This document shows positions 1-9,642 of a DNA stretch of 64,000 nt, piece by piece. Under the pieces are notes generated by a model. It had not been told where the DNA came from. It made no database searches and saw only the letters and a list, made by a program, of their open reading frames with translations. The first letter of the stretch is position 1. Each line of letters starts with the position of its first letter. The stretch comes from Rhodospirillaceae bacterium (GTDB taxonomy: Bacteria; Pseudomonadota; Alphaproteobacteria; SMXQ01), in the NCBI GenBank assembly GCA_947474495.1, contig CANJIM010000003.1:8826-72825 (forward strand), given 5' to 3'. Made by a program: the position numbers and the translations under genes.

Positions 1-381
1 AGTCTCGCTCGCGGCGTCGCGCGCCGCAAACGTAGGCGGCTGCAACGGCTCGCGGCACAGGGCGCTACCGCTAATGCTGGCTGCCGGCGCGAACATGGCG
101 ACGATCTTGAATTCGCGGTTAAAGTTTTGCGGCGCGAGCGATAGGCGCGTGCCGGATCCGACGCCCGTCTGCAAGCCGGCCACGGTCGCCTTCTGCAAGG
201 CCTCGCGTTCGGCGGCCGGGCTGTTGTCGATGACCACGACACGCATCTCGCGGCCACCGCCGGCATAGTCGAGATCGCCGATTTTATAGAGGAACGTCGG
301 GCCGCCGACAGTGCGCACCGTCAGGCTGTCGCAGCCGGCGAGAACGAGCAGGGCGGCAGCAGTAGCGGCAAGGCGTTTCAT
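1..381 (-). CDS. Putative lipoprotein, truncated by the window edge
   Basis: Not in the ORF track. ATG at 381 overlaps the parE stop (ATGA). Reads MKRLAATAAALLVLAGCDSLTVR..., a basic/hydrophobic signal with an LAGC lipobox; open to position 1. Confidence 0.8.
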   Translation of the reverse strand, partial: MKRLAATAAALLVLAGCDSLTVRTVGGPTFLYKIGDLDYAGGGREMRVVVIDNSPAAEREALQKATVAGLQTGVGSGTRLSLAPQNFNREFKIVAMFAPAASISGSALCREPLQPPTFAARDAASET

Positions 382-2378
382 AGATCGAGTTCCCTTACGC
401 TTGGGGCGTATTCCTGGATAAAGGCAAGGCGCAGTTCGGGCTTGCGGCCCATCAGGCTTTCGACGCGCTCCTCGGTCAAGTCGCGCTCGGATTCGGGAAT
501 GGTGATGCGCAGCAGGATGCGCTTGCTCTGATCCATCGTCGTCTCGCGCAGTTGCATCGGCGGCATTTCGCCGAGACCCTTGAAGCGGCTGATGTCGATC
601 TTGCCGCGACCTTTGAAGGTCGTCTTGAGCAGCTCCTCCTTGTGGGCGTCGTCGCGCGCATAGACCGTCGTGCCGCCTTGCGTGATGCGGTAGAGCGGCG
701 GCTGCGCAAGATAAAGATGGCCGTGATCGATCAGGCCGCGCATCTCGCGATAGAAGAAGGTGATGAGCAAGGAGGCGATATGCGCGCCGTCGACATCGGC
801 GTCCGTCATGATGATGACGCGTTCGTAGCGCAATTTGGAGACGTCGAACCGGCTGCCGACGCCGCAGCCGAGCGCCAGCGCGAGATCGGCGATTTCCTGG
901 TTGCCCTGCAGCTTGTCGGTCGAAGCCGAGGCGACGTTGAGAATCTTGCCGCGCAGCGGCAGGATCGCCTGAGTCTCGCGGTTGCGCGCGGACTTGGCCG
1001 AACCGCCGGCCGAGTCGCCTTCGACGAGGAAAATCTCGGTGCCGTCGGCAGCGTTGCGCGAGCAGTCGGCAAGCTTGCCGGGCAGGCGCAGCCGGCGCGT
1101 CGCCGTCTTGCGGTTGAATTCTTTGGCCTTCTTCTCGCGCAGCCGTTCTTCGGCGCGATCGATGATGGCATTGAGCAGATCGTTCGCCGTCGTCGGATCG
1201 CCCGACAGCCAATGGTCGAAATGGTCCTTGATGGTGCTCTCGACCATCTTGGCGGCCTCGACGCTGGCGAGCTTTTCCTTGGTCTGGCCTTGGAACTGCG
1301 GATTGCGCATGAACAGCGACAGCAGCACGCAGGCGCCGTCCATCACATCGTCCGAGGTGATCTGCGTGGCGCGGCGGTTGCCGGCGAGTTCGCCGTAAGC
1401 TTTGAGCGCGCGGGTCAGGCCGGTGCGCATGCCGGCCTCATGGGTGCCGCCCATCGGGGTTGGCACCGTGTTGCAGTAGGACGAATTGATCCCTTCGCCT
1501 TCGGCGACCCAATTGACGGCCCATTCGATCTTGCCGCCGGTATCGCTGCCCAACGTGACGTTGCCGGTGAACGGCTTGGTGATCAGCGTCTCGCGGCCTT
1601 CGAGATGGCTGGCGAGGAAGTCGGCGAGGCCGCCGGGGAAGTGAATGGTCTCCTCGGTCGGCACATTGTCCTTCGGACTGATCAGCGACGGATCACATTT
1701 CCAGCGAATCTCGACGCCGCGGAACAGATAGGCCTTGGAGCGCGCCATGCGGTAGAGCCGCGCCGGGCTGAAGTCATGCTTGTCGGTGAAGATCTCGGGA
1801 TCGGGATGGAAGGTGATCGACGTGCCGCTCTTTTTCGGCGTGGCGCCAACTTGCTTCAGCGGCCCCTTGGGCACGCCGCGCGAATAGCTCTGCTTGTAGA
1901 GCGTCTTGTCGCGCGTGACTTCGACGTCGAGCCGATCGGACAGCGCGTTGACCACCGAAACGCCGACACCGTGCAGACCGCCCGAGGTCTCATAGACTTT
2001 GTTGGAGAACTTGCCGCCCGAATGCAGCGTGGTGAGGATGACCTCGAGCGCCGACTTGTTCTTGAACTTGGGGTGCGGATCGACCGGGATGCCGCGGCCG
2101 TTGTCGCGCACCGTCACCACATTGTCGGGCCCGAGCTCGAGCTCGATATGGTCGGCGTGGCCGGCGACGGCCTCGTCCATCGAGTTGTCGAGCACTTCGG
2201 CGACCAGGTGGTGCATGGCGGCGGAATCGGTGCCGCCGATATACATGCCGGGGCGGTGGCGCACCGGTTCAAGGCCTTCGAGGACTTCGATGTCCTTGGC
2301 GGAGTAGCTGTTCTTGTCGGCGCTGCTTTTGGCGCCAGGGGCGGATTTCGCGGAAGACTTATTGAACAGATCGGCCAT
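378..2378 (-). CDS. parE: DNA topoisomerase IV subunit B
   Basis: LEGLEPVRHRPGMYIG, SGGLHGVG, VEGDSAGGS, PLRGKILN, MTDADVDG; about 666 aa without the long GyrB insert. Start re-called at MADLF. Confidence 0.93.
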   Translation of the reverse strand: MADLFNKSSAKSAPGAKSSADKNSYSAKDIEVLEGLEPVRHRPGMYIGGTDSAAMHHLVAEVLDNSMDEAVAGHADHIELELGPDNVVTVRDNGRGIPVDPHPKFKNKSALEVILTTLHSGGKFSNKVYETSGGLHGVGVSVVNALSDRLDVEVTRDKTLYKQSYSRGVPKGPLKQVGATPKKSGTSITFHPDPEIFTDKHDFSPARLYRMARSKAYLFRGVEIRWKCDPSLISPKDNVPTEETIHFPGGLADFLASHLEGRETLITKPFTGNVTLGSDTGGKIEWAVNWVAEGEGINSSYCNTVPTPMGGTHEAGMRTGLTRALKAYGELAGNRRATQITSDDVMDGACVLLSLFMRNPQFQGQTKEKLASVEAAKMVESTIKDHFDHWLSGDPTTANDLLNAIIDRAEERLREKKAKEFNRKTATRRLRLPGKLADCSRNAADGTEIFLVEGDSAGGSAKSARNRETQAILPLRGKILNVASASTDKLQGNQEIADLALALGCGVGSRFDVSKLRYERVIIMTDADVDGAHIASLLITFFYREMRGLIDHGHLYLAQPPLYRITQGGTTVYARDDAHKEELLKTTFKGRGKIDISRFKGLGEMPPMQLRETTMDQSKRILLRITIPESERDLTEERVESLMGRKPELRLAFIQEYAPSVRELDL

Positions 2379-2601
2379 GCATACCCACGCTGAAAAACGC
2401 GCCCGGACGGGCCGACGGGGCCCAGGGGCGGGCTTTATATAAAGGCCGCCCCCGCAGCCGCGCAAGCAGGATGCTGTGGTCCTGGGGCCTGATATTCCCA
2501 ACATTTGGTGATTAGCCGTCGCTTTGAGCGTAATCACGGGCATGACAAGCCGTCCGGGCGTCCCATACACTCATGCCATGAACAAGTTGGCCGGGGGGAT
2601 C

Positions 2602-4061
2602 ATGCGGCGATTGATGGCGATCTGGGGCGCGGCGGCCGCGCTGGCGGCGGCGAGTCCGGTTTTGGCGGACGATGGCGTGCAACTCGGCGCGACCTATCGC
2701 GGCATGGTTCAGCTGAAGACTTACGGTTCGCCGCAAGTGCCGTTGCCGCCGGGCGATTGGAAGCTGGTCGCGCTCGGCGATTCCAATAACAACACAAACA
2801 ACATTCGTGTGTTGAAGGGGCACTTCATCCAGACGGCGGGTCGCGACGGCAAGGAGATGCGCGGCCGCGTATCTTTCACCGTGACCACTTCGCCGGTGCG
2901 CGGTGATTGGACGCTGCCGGCTATTTGCAGCCGCACCGATTTCCTTGCCAACTATTCCAAGCCTGCATTGGCGAAAGGCTTTGATTGCGCATGGGTCACG
3001 GCCTATGGGCTCGTGCGTCCGAATAGAGCGACCGACGAACTCAACCAATTTTACGATTATGTCGACCAGAACAAGATCAAGAAGCCTGCAACCGTCGTCG
3101 GTGTCAGTTATTACCTTTCCGACGGCCCGACTTACTTGGCGCTGGACTATGCCTTCAATCCCGATTTGGAGGGTGTGCCGACAGCCGGGACCAGTCTGTG
3201 GCATCCCGATCGCTACAAAGAAGTTCCCAAACGCGTCAGTTATGTCGAAGTCTTGAAAACCTGGGCGCAGGAATGGCGGAGCAACGTCGCGCAGGCCTAC
3301 AAAGGAAAATTGCCGGTGTCGTTCACTGCGCCGGAGATTTTTCTGGCCATGGCCAAGACCGCGCTGCCCGCTAACGGGAAAATCGACAGCGCGTTGGCGC
3401 AGGTGGCCGAACTCGGCAAGATCTATCGCGACGTTCTCCCACTCAATGTTAAGGGGGCTCCGCAGGTACCGTTGCCGCCGGGAGATTGGAAGTTGGTTGT
3501 CCTCGGCGAAGGGCAGAGCGATAAGGAAAAAATTCGCCTCATTCGCGGCTATTTGACCCAGACCAAAGGCGATACGATTGCGGCGCGCGTTTACTTCAAC
3601 GTGCCCGATGGGCAGTCCTCGATCGGTTGGGCGCCGTCCGATAATTGTACGCGTAAGGATCCCATTGCAGATTTTTCGACCAATCGCGGCGGCTCAGGCA
3701 AGCCTTACGATTGCACTGTAATCACGGCTTATCCGATGGCGCGGCCGAAAAACGGAATGCCGCAGCTCATGCAGTTCCATGACTACCTAGATGTTAACGG
3801 CATCAAACGCCCGGTGGCGATGATCACTGTCGGTTACGGCCTGTCGAACGGCAAAAATTCGTGACAGCCGAATATGCCTTCAATCCAGAATTAGAAGGCG
3901 TGCGCGCTGAAACGACTGCCGCCTGGCAGCCGGATCGGTACGCTGACGATTCACGCCGTGGTGCTTACATAGCAAAAATGAAAAGCTGGGCGGAGGCGTG
4001 GCACACCAAAGTCGATGCGGGGTTCAGAGCTAGTTTGCCAAGGACGGCCGCCGTCAACTGA
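2602..4061 (+). pseudogene. Secreted protein with two tandem copies of an unknown domain, split by a frameshift at about 3853-3857 (ORFs 2602..3864 and 3861..4061)
   Basis: Signal peptide MRRLMAIWGAAAALAAASPVLA. PQVPLPPGDWKLV occurs twice. The downstream ORF (EYAFNPELEG...W.PDRY...W) matches the end of repeat 1 (DYAFNPDLEG...WHPDRY...W). Could be a sequencing error rather than a true pseudogene. Confidence 0.7.
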
Positions 4062-4076
4062 CCGCCAAGTTTAATG

Positions 4077-4114
4077 AAAAAGGGCCGCTCCATTGGAGCG
4101 GCCCTTTCCGTTTT
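4077..4114. terminator. Bidirectional intrinsic terminator
   Basis: AAAAAGGGCCGCTC-CATTG-GAGCGGCCCTTT between convergent genes. Confidence 0.85.
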
Positions 4115-4128
4115 AGCGACCGTGATCG

Positions 4129-5010
4129 TTAGCGCGCGACGTAGGTCTCGCGGTAGTAGACGGCATGGCGCGTGCCGATGCAGGCGCCGATGGTCGCCAT
4201 GATGGCGCCGAGCAACAAGGCGGCGAAAGCCCAGAAGGCTCCCATCGCCGTGGCGCGCGCCGTGGCATCGGCGATTTCACGCGCCTTCTGCTCGGCATCG
4301 GCCATCGCCTGCTTGATCTGCGCTTCAGCCTGGTCGATGCGCTGACCGGCTTCCTGCTCGGAAATACCGGCCGACTTGGCGACGAGAGCGTTCAAGCGCT
4401 CGCGCGAGTTCTCCGGCCAGCTGCCATTCACCAGGCGGGAGCGCACCAGGCCGGCGACTTCGTTGGCGACCTGTTCGTTCGAGAGATTGTCGACGTTGGT
4501 GCCGCCGAGGGTGCGGCGAACCGGATCGAGCAACTGCGTCGCATCGAATTGGCTGGCCGCGCCACCCGCTGCCGCGCCGGCCGCCATGGCGGTGCCGCCG
4601 ACAGCGGCGCCGGCGCCGCGCACGGCGACGCTGGCGATGCTCGCCAGGCTGCTGGCGGCGATCGCGGTGCCGAGGAGGAGGGCGAGCGCCCAGACGGTCA
4701 GGCCATGGAGAATACCGTCTTCATTGCTGCTGGTGCCGGAGAGGCGCGCGGCGACATAACCGCCGATACCCATGGCAAGCAACGAAGCGAAAGTCGCCCA
4801 AATGCCGCCGGCGAGGCCCAGCGTGCTGGCGTCGGGCGTGCTGCGTTCCAAAGTGTCGATGGTGGTGGCGCCGACCGCGATGCCGAGGACGGAGAGCAGC
4901 GCGCCGACGGCAATGGCGACGATGGCGCCGGCGATGACGGCGCCCCAAGAGACGCGACGGAGCAGCGCCGGAGCGGCGACATCCGCCGGAGTGGTGACGA
5001 TGGTGGCCAT
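4129..5010 (-). CDS. Conserved hypothetical membrane protein, probably general-stress regulated
   Basis: RRVSWGAVIAG start, three N-terminal TM helices, helical soluble region, C-terminal TM; GGGGA RBS; EcfG-type promoter upstream. Confidence 0.8.
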   Translation of the reverse strand: MATIVTTPADVAAPALLRRVSWGAVIAGAIVAIAVGALLSVLGIAVGATTIDTLERSTPDASTLGLAGGIWATFASLLAMGIGGYVAARLSGTSSNEDGILHGLTVWALALLLGTAIAASSLASIASVAVRGAGAAVGGTAMAAGAAAGGAASQFDATQLLDPVRRTLGGTNVDNLSNEQVANEVAGLVRSRLVNGSWPENSRERLNALVAKSAGISEQEAGQRIDQAEAQIKQAMADAEQKAREIADATARATAMGAFWAFAALLLGAIMATIGACIGTRHAVYYRETYVAR

Positions 5011-5049
5011 GGTTTTATCCCCTTGAGTGAAGCCGAAAATCTCAAGGAC

Positions 5050-5074
5050 AACGCAGGCCTCGGTGATTTGTTCC
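5050..5074 (-). promoter_or_regulatory. Sigma-EcfG (sigma-T/RpoE2) general stress promoter
   Basis: Minus strand GGAAC-N16-CGTT, about 40 nt upstream of the ATG at 5010; exact alphaproteobacterial general stress consensus. Confidence 0.8.
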
Positions 5075-5129
5075 TACTTCGTGCAGATGCTGTGCGAAAT
5101 AGCCGGGAACTCAAAAGCAGTCTGATAAC

Positions 5130-5160
5130 GAAAAAGGGCGGCCCGAAGGCCGCCCTTTTC
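5130..5160 (-). terminator. glnA intrinsic terminator
   Basis: mRNA GAAAAGGGCGGCC-UUCG-GGCCGCCCUUUUUC. Confidence 0.9.
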
Positions 5161-5197
5161 CCACTCACCCCACCAACGAAGGGTTCTACAGGCGGTG

Positions 5198-6607
5198 TTA
5201 GCCGCTGTAGTACATCTGGTACTCGATCGGATGCGGCGTGTGCTCGAAGTTGTAAACGTCTTCCCACTTGAGCTCGATGTAGGCCTTGATCTGCTCTTCG
5301 GTGAAGACATCGCCCTTGGTCAGGAACGCATGGTCCTTCTCGAGGCTCTCGAGCGCCTCGCGGAGCGAGCCGCACACCTGCGGGACGTTCTTGAGTTCCT
5401 CGGGCGGCAGGTCATACAGGTTCTTGTCCATCGGGTCGCCCGGATGGATTTTGTTCTGAATGCCGTCGAGGCCGGCCATCAGCATCGCCGAGAAGGCGAG
5501 GTACGGGTTGGCCAGCGGATCGGGGAAGCGCACTTCGACGCGCTTCGCCTTGGGGCTCGTCGCGAACGGAATGCGGCAAGACGCCGAGCGGTTGCGCGCC
5601 GAGTAGGCGAGCAGCACGGGGGCTTCGAAGCCCGGGATCAGGCGCTTGTAGCTGTTGGTCGTCGGGTTCGTGAAGGCGTTGATGGCCTTCGCGTGCTTGA
5701 TGATGCCGCCGATGTAGTACAGCGCGGTCTCGGAGAGATCGGCATAGCCCGAACCGGCGAACAGCGGCTTGCCGGCCTTCCAGATCGACTGGTGGACGTG
5801 CATGCCCGAACCGTTATCGCCCTTGATCGGCTTCGGCATGAAGGTCGCCGTCTTGCCGTAGCTGTGGGCGACGTTCTTGACCACGTACTTGTAGATCATC
5901 ATGTGGTCGGCGCCGGTGACGAGCGTGTTGAACTTGCAACCCAGTTCGTTCTGCGCGGTGGCGACTTCATGGTGATGCTTTTCGACGTCGAGGCCCATTT
6001 CGAGCATCGTCGAGAGCATCTCGGCGCGGATGTCGCTGTGCGAATCAACCGGCGGGACCGGGAAGTAGCCGCCCTTGACGCCCGGACGGTGGCCCGGATT
6101 GCCTTCGGGAACGGCGCGATTGCTGGCCCACGGGCCTTCCATCGAGTCGACCGAGTAGGACACGTCGTTCATCGAGACGTTGAAGCGCACGTCGTCGAAA
6201 ATGAAGAACTCGGCTTCGGGGCCGACGAACACGGTGTCGCCGATGCCCGAGGACTTCACGTAGGCTTCTGCCTTCTTGGCGATCGAACGCGGATCGCGCG
6301 AGTAGGGCAGGCCGGTCGACGGCTCGAGAATGTCGCAGAAAATAATGAGCGACGGCTGCGCGGCGAACGGATCGATCACGGCGGTGGACAGATCGAGCTT
6401 CAGGGTCATGTCCGACTCCTGAATGCCCTTCCAGCCGGCGATCGACGAGCCGTCGAACATGAAGCCTTCGGCGAGGGTGTCCTCGTCGATGGTTTTCACA
6501 TGCTGGGCAGTGTGGTGCCACTGGCCGCGCGGGTCGGTGAAGCGGAGATCGACATACTTAATGTCGTGCTCCTTGATCATGGCCAAAATGGTTTTTGCGT
6601 CGGACAT
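5198..6607 (-). CDS. glnA: Glutamine synthetase type I
   Basis: [38 protein letters not shown], adenylylation motif [10 protein letters not shown]. Confidence 0.98.
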   Translation of the reverse strand: MSDAKTILAMIKEHDIKYVDLRFTDPRGQWHHTAQHVKTIDEDTLAEGFMFDGSSIAGWKGIQESDMTLKLDLSTAVIDPFAAQPSLIIFCDILEPSTGLPYSRDPRSIAKKAEAYVKSSGIGDTVFVGPEAEFFIFDDVRFNVSMNDVSYSVDSMEGPWASNRAVPEGNPGHRPGVKGGYFPVPPVDSHSDIRAEMLSTMLEMGLDVEKHHHEVATAQNELGCKFNTLVTGADHMMIYKYVVKNVAHSYGKTATFMPKPIKGDNGSGMHVHQSIWKAGKPLFAGSGYADLSETALYYIGGIIKHAKAINAFTNPTTNSYKRLIPGFEAPVLLAYSARNRSASCRIPFATSPKAKRVEVRFPDPLANPYLAFSAMLMAGLDGIQNKIHPGDPMDKNLYDLPPEELKNVPQVCGSLREALESLEKDHAFLTKGDVFTEEQIKAYIELKWEDVYNFEHTPHPIEYQMYYSG

Positions 6608-6723
6608 CGTCGATGATCCTGTCGTTGGTGGTTACGGGGTGGTGCTAAGGGTTAACGCGGGGTGGTGAAGCGACGGTCTCGAGCCGCACCGCCGGTCTCG
6701 CGACCGGCAAGCGGCGATTCACA

Positions 6724-7131
<408 letters not shown>

Positions 7132-7136
7132 TTACC

Positions 7137-7154
7137 TAGCACGGCCCATGCCAA
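7137..7154 (-). promoter_or_regulatory. Sigma-54 promoter of glnBA
   Basis: Minus strand TTGGCATGGGCCGTGCTA = GG-N10-GC (-24/-12), about 75 nt upstream of glnB. Confidence 0.8.
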
Positions 7155-7225
7155 ATTCCCTAGGATGGCAAAACCCTAGAAATCGGCGTTAATTCAATAA
7201 GTTGTGGATAACTCATTGGATCAAT

Positions 7226-7286
7226 TGATTAATTTATAGGCTTTATGGCGTCTTTTTGCGCTGCGAGTTTGAATAATTAATAGGCA
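7226..7286. promoter_or_regulatory. Tandem degenerate NtrC-type enhancer sites
   Basis: TGATT-AATTTAT-AGGCT (7226-7242) and TGAAT-AATTAAT-AGGCA (7270-7286), 44 bp apart in an AT-rich tract upstream of the sigma-54 site; IHF-like sequences nearby. Confidence 0.5.
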
Positions 7287-7455
7287 AGCTTGACAGAGGC
7301 CATAAAGGACCATTCCGCGGCTGTGGAAAGAAGGCCCAAAGCCCCTTGGTTCCGCCTCGAGGCTTTCCGAGAGCGCGACGCCCCGTCAGGGATGGCGCAT
7401 GGCGGATCGCTTGACGGGGTGGGGGGAGCCATCTAAACAAGCGCCCTTGCTCTGT

Positions 7456-7533
7456 GGCGGGTGTAGCTCAGTTGGTTAGAGCGCCAGATTGTGGATCTGG
7501 ATGTCGCCGGTTCAATTCCGGTCACTCGCCCCA
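7456..7533 (+). tRNA. tRNA-His(GUG) with encoded G-1 and CCA
   Basis: G-GCGGGTG...CCAGA-TTGTGGA-TCTGG...GTTCAAT...CACTCGC-C-CCA. Confidence 0.97.
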
Positions 7534-7734
7534 TTCCCCTTATTCTGATATGCTATGTTTCAGCGCCTCCTATAACGGGAATGGGTGGCTGCTAATGGTA
7601 TTCTGAACTGTCGCGTTTTTGCGTTCTCCACTAGCCTCTCCATCGCTTGAGGCAAGGGATGGACGTCGTGACGGCCACTTCCGACTTGCCCGATCTTTCG
7701 TCATGCCCCCATCGTTACGCCAAGGAGAAACTGC

Positions 7735-8349
7735 ATGAACCCGCCCGCTTCCAATCTGAAGACCGTGCCCCAGGACGTCGGCAGCGCCGCGCTCGAGGTG
7801 CTGTTGTCGCGCCGCAGCAATGCCAGCCTGTCGCTGCCCGTGCCGTCGCAAGACGAATTGAATGTGATTTTCGACACGGCGATGCGCGCCGCCGACCATG
7901 ACCGCATGCGTCCGTGGAGCTTCCATGTCCTGCGCGGTCCGGCGATCGAAAAGCTGTGGACCCTCTATGAAGCCGCGATGAAGCGCCGCGACCCGAACGT
8001 CGATCCGGCCAAGCTCCAGGGCGGTAAGATCAAGTTGATGAAGGCGCCGATGATCATCGCCGTCGGCTGCAAGATTCAGCCGGGCATGATCATGGAGATC
8101 GAGCAGCTCTTCTCGTCCGCCGCCGGCGCCATGAACATCATGAACGCCATCCATGCGCTCGGCTACGCCGGCAAGTGGGTGACCGGCGAGAACATGTACG
8201 ATCCGGAAGTGAACAAGGCCTTCGGCTACACCGCGCCGGATCGCCTCGTCGGCATCATCTATGTCGGCACCGCGACCGCCGAGGCGCCGGCCATGCCGAC
8301 GCCGAACTACCAGGACTTCGTCAAGGAATGGACCGGCCCCGTCGCCTAA
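7735..8349 (+). CDS. Nitroreductase family protein (YdjA-like)
   Basis: LLSRRS, RAADHDRMRPWSF, ALGYAGKWVTG, GIIYVGT; AGGAG RBS. Confidence 0.88.
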   Translation: MNPPASNLKTVPQDVGSAALEVLLSRRSNASLSLPVPSQDELNVIFDTAMRAADHDRMRPWSFHVLRGPAIEKLWTLYEAAMKRRDPNVDPAKLQGGKIKLMKAPMIIAVGCKIQPGMIMEIEQLFSSAAGAMNIMNAIHALGYAGKWVTGENMYDPEVNKAFGYTAPDRLVGIIYVGTATAEAPAMPTPNYQDFVKEWTGPVA

Positions 8350-8371
8350 GCGATCAGGCCGCGTCGATCCC

Positions 8372-8403
8372 AAAACGGGCAGCTTCGGCTGCCCGTTTTT
8401 TTT
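8372..8403. terminator. Intrinsic terminator, probably bidirectional
   Basis: AAAACGGGCAGC-TTCG-GCTGCCCGTTTTTTTT. Confidence 0.9.
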
Positions 8404-8422
8404 ATGCGCGTTCGAAGCCGCG

Positions 8423-9364
8423 CTAATTCAAGCGCGGCCGCTTGAGATGTTGGGCGCGGTCCGACGAGGGCACGCTGATATCGAGTTCGCGGTCCTTGCG
8501 CTGGACGCGGAACGGCACCTCGACGCCGGCGGGGCCGAGCGCCCAGATGCGGCGGTACATATCGGCCAAGCTGCGCGGCCGGGTGCCGCCGATGCCGAGA
8601 ATGGCATCGCCGACGCGCAGGCCCGATCGCTTGGCCGGGCCATTGTCGCTCATGCCGGCGATCACCAGCCTGTCCTCGGTTTCTGCCGTCCAGATGCCGA
8701 GCCAGGGGCGGGCGGGCCGGTCGACGCGGCCGAGCTTCATCATGTCCGGCAGAATGGCTTTCAGCAGATCTATGGGGATGACGAGGTTGGCGTCGATGGT
8801 GACGCCGCCGTGGGAAAACTGTTGGAAGATCAGAGAGGCAATGCCGACGAGATTGCCGTCGCGACCGATCGCGGCCGCGCCCGTCCACTGCGGATGGGCA
8901 GGCGCCGCGAAAATGGCCTGATCGAGAAGATATTCCCAGTAGCCGGCGAATTCCTGCTTGGCGATCACCCGCGAGATCACGGCCTGTTCGATACCACCGA
9001 AGGCCGCGATCACGAGCGGATCGCCCGGCATCAATTCACTGGATTTGCCGAGCGAGAGCGGCGGCCGGCCGAGCGGCTCAAGGGCTTGAACGAGGCCGAA
9101 GCCGCTTTCCTGATCTTGGCCGACGATATGGGCAGGGATGGCTTTACCGCCGGCATCGATGATCCACACGCTATCGGCTTCGGTCAGCAGGTAGCCGACC
9201 GTCACCACCAAGCCATCGCTGCCGATCACCACGCCGCTGCCGGCCCGCTCGGTGCCGAGGCGCGACGCGCTCGAGGCATCGGCCGGGACCGTGGTGCGTA
9301 GAGCAACGATGGACGGCAGGGTTTGGTCGAGATCAAAGGGCAGGTCAGTGAGACGCGGGGGCAT
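8423..9364 (-). CDS. HtrA/S1C-like trypsin-fold plus PDZ protein with degenerate catalytic residues
   Basis: GSGVVIGSDGLVVT, GNLVGI, RPWLGI, GPAKRSGLRVGDAI (PDZ); AGGAG RBS before the ATG at 9364. Confidence 0.85.
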   Translation of the reverse strand: MPPRLTDLPFDLDQTLPSIVALRTTVPADASSASRLGTERAGSGVVIGSDGLVVTVGYLLTEADSVWIIDAGGKAIPAHIVGQDQESGFGLVQALEPLGRPPLSLGKSSELMPGDPLVIAAFGGIEQAVISRVIAKQEFAGYWEYLLDQAIFAAPAHPQWTGAAAIGRDGNLVGIASLIFQQFSHGGVTIDANLVIPIDLLKAILPDMMKLGRVDRPARPWLGIWTAETEDRLVIAGMSDNGPAKRSGLRVGDAILGIGGTRPRSLADMYRRIWALGPAGVEVPFRVQRKDRELDISVPSSDRAQHLKRPRLN

Positions 9365-9642
9365 GGCGCTTCTCCTGGCGAAATTCTGCCGCAGCCGGCG
9401 CTCACGCGCTAGCCGCAAACGATTCGCAGAAAATAAATCCTCGCGCCGGCGAGTGCTCGGCGGCAGGACTCATGTAGAACCCATTTTGCAGGGTGTAATT
9501 CATAGACTTTGAAATACCTATCGGGCATAAGGCACAGACTTCGCAAATATAGAAATCGTACCAAATCTTTGTTGCATAAAGAGTAGCAATAGAGGCCGCG
9601 AGTTCATCACTTGCGGCTCGCGTTCAGGGCATCGGGGGAACC

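Noticed and set aside
2379-2570. N-terminal extensions on track ORFs for parE (also dadA, nnr, lon, nuoA, nuoD, cdsA)
   Set aside because: Artefacts of longest-ORF calling; homology and RBS support downstream starts
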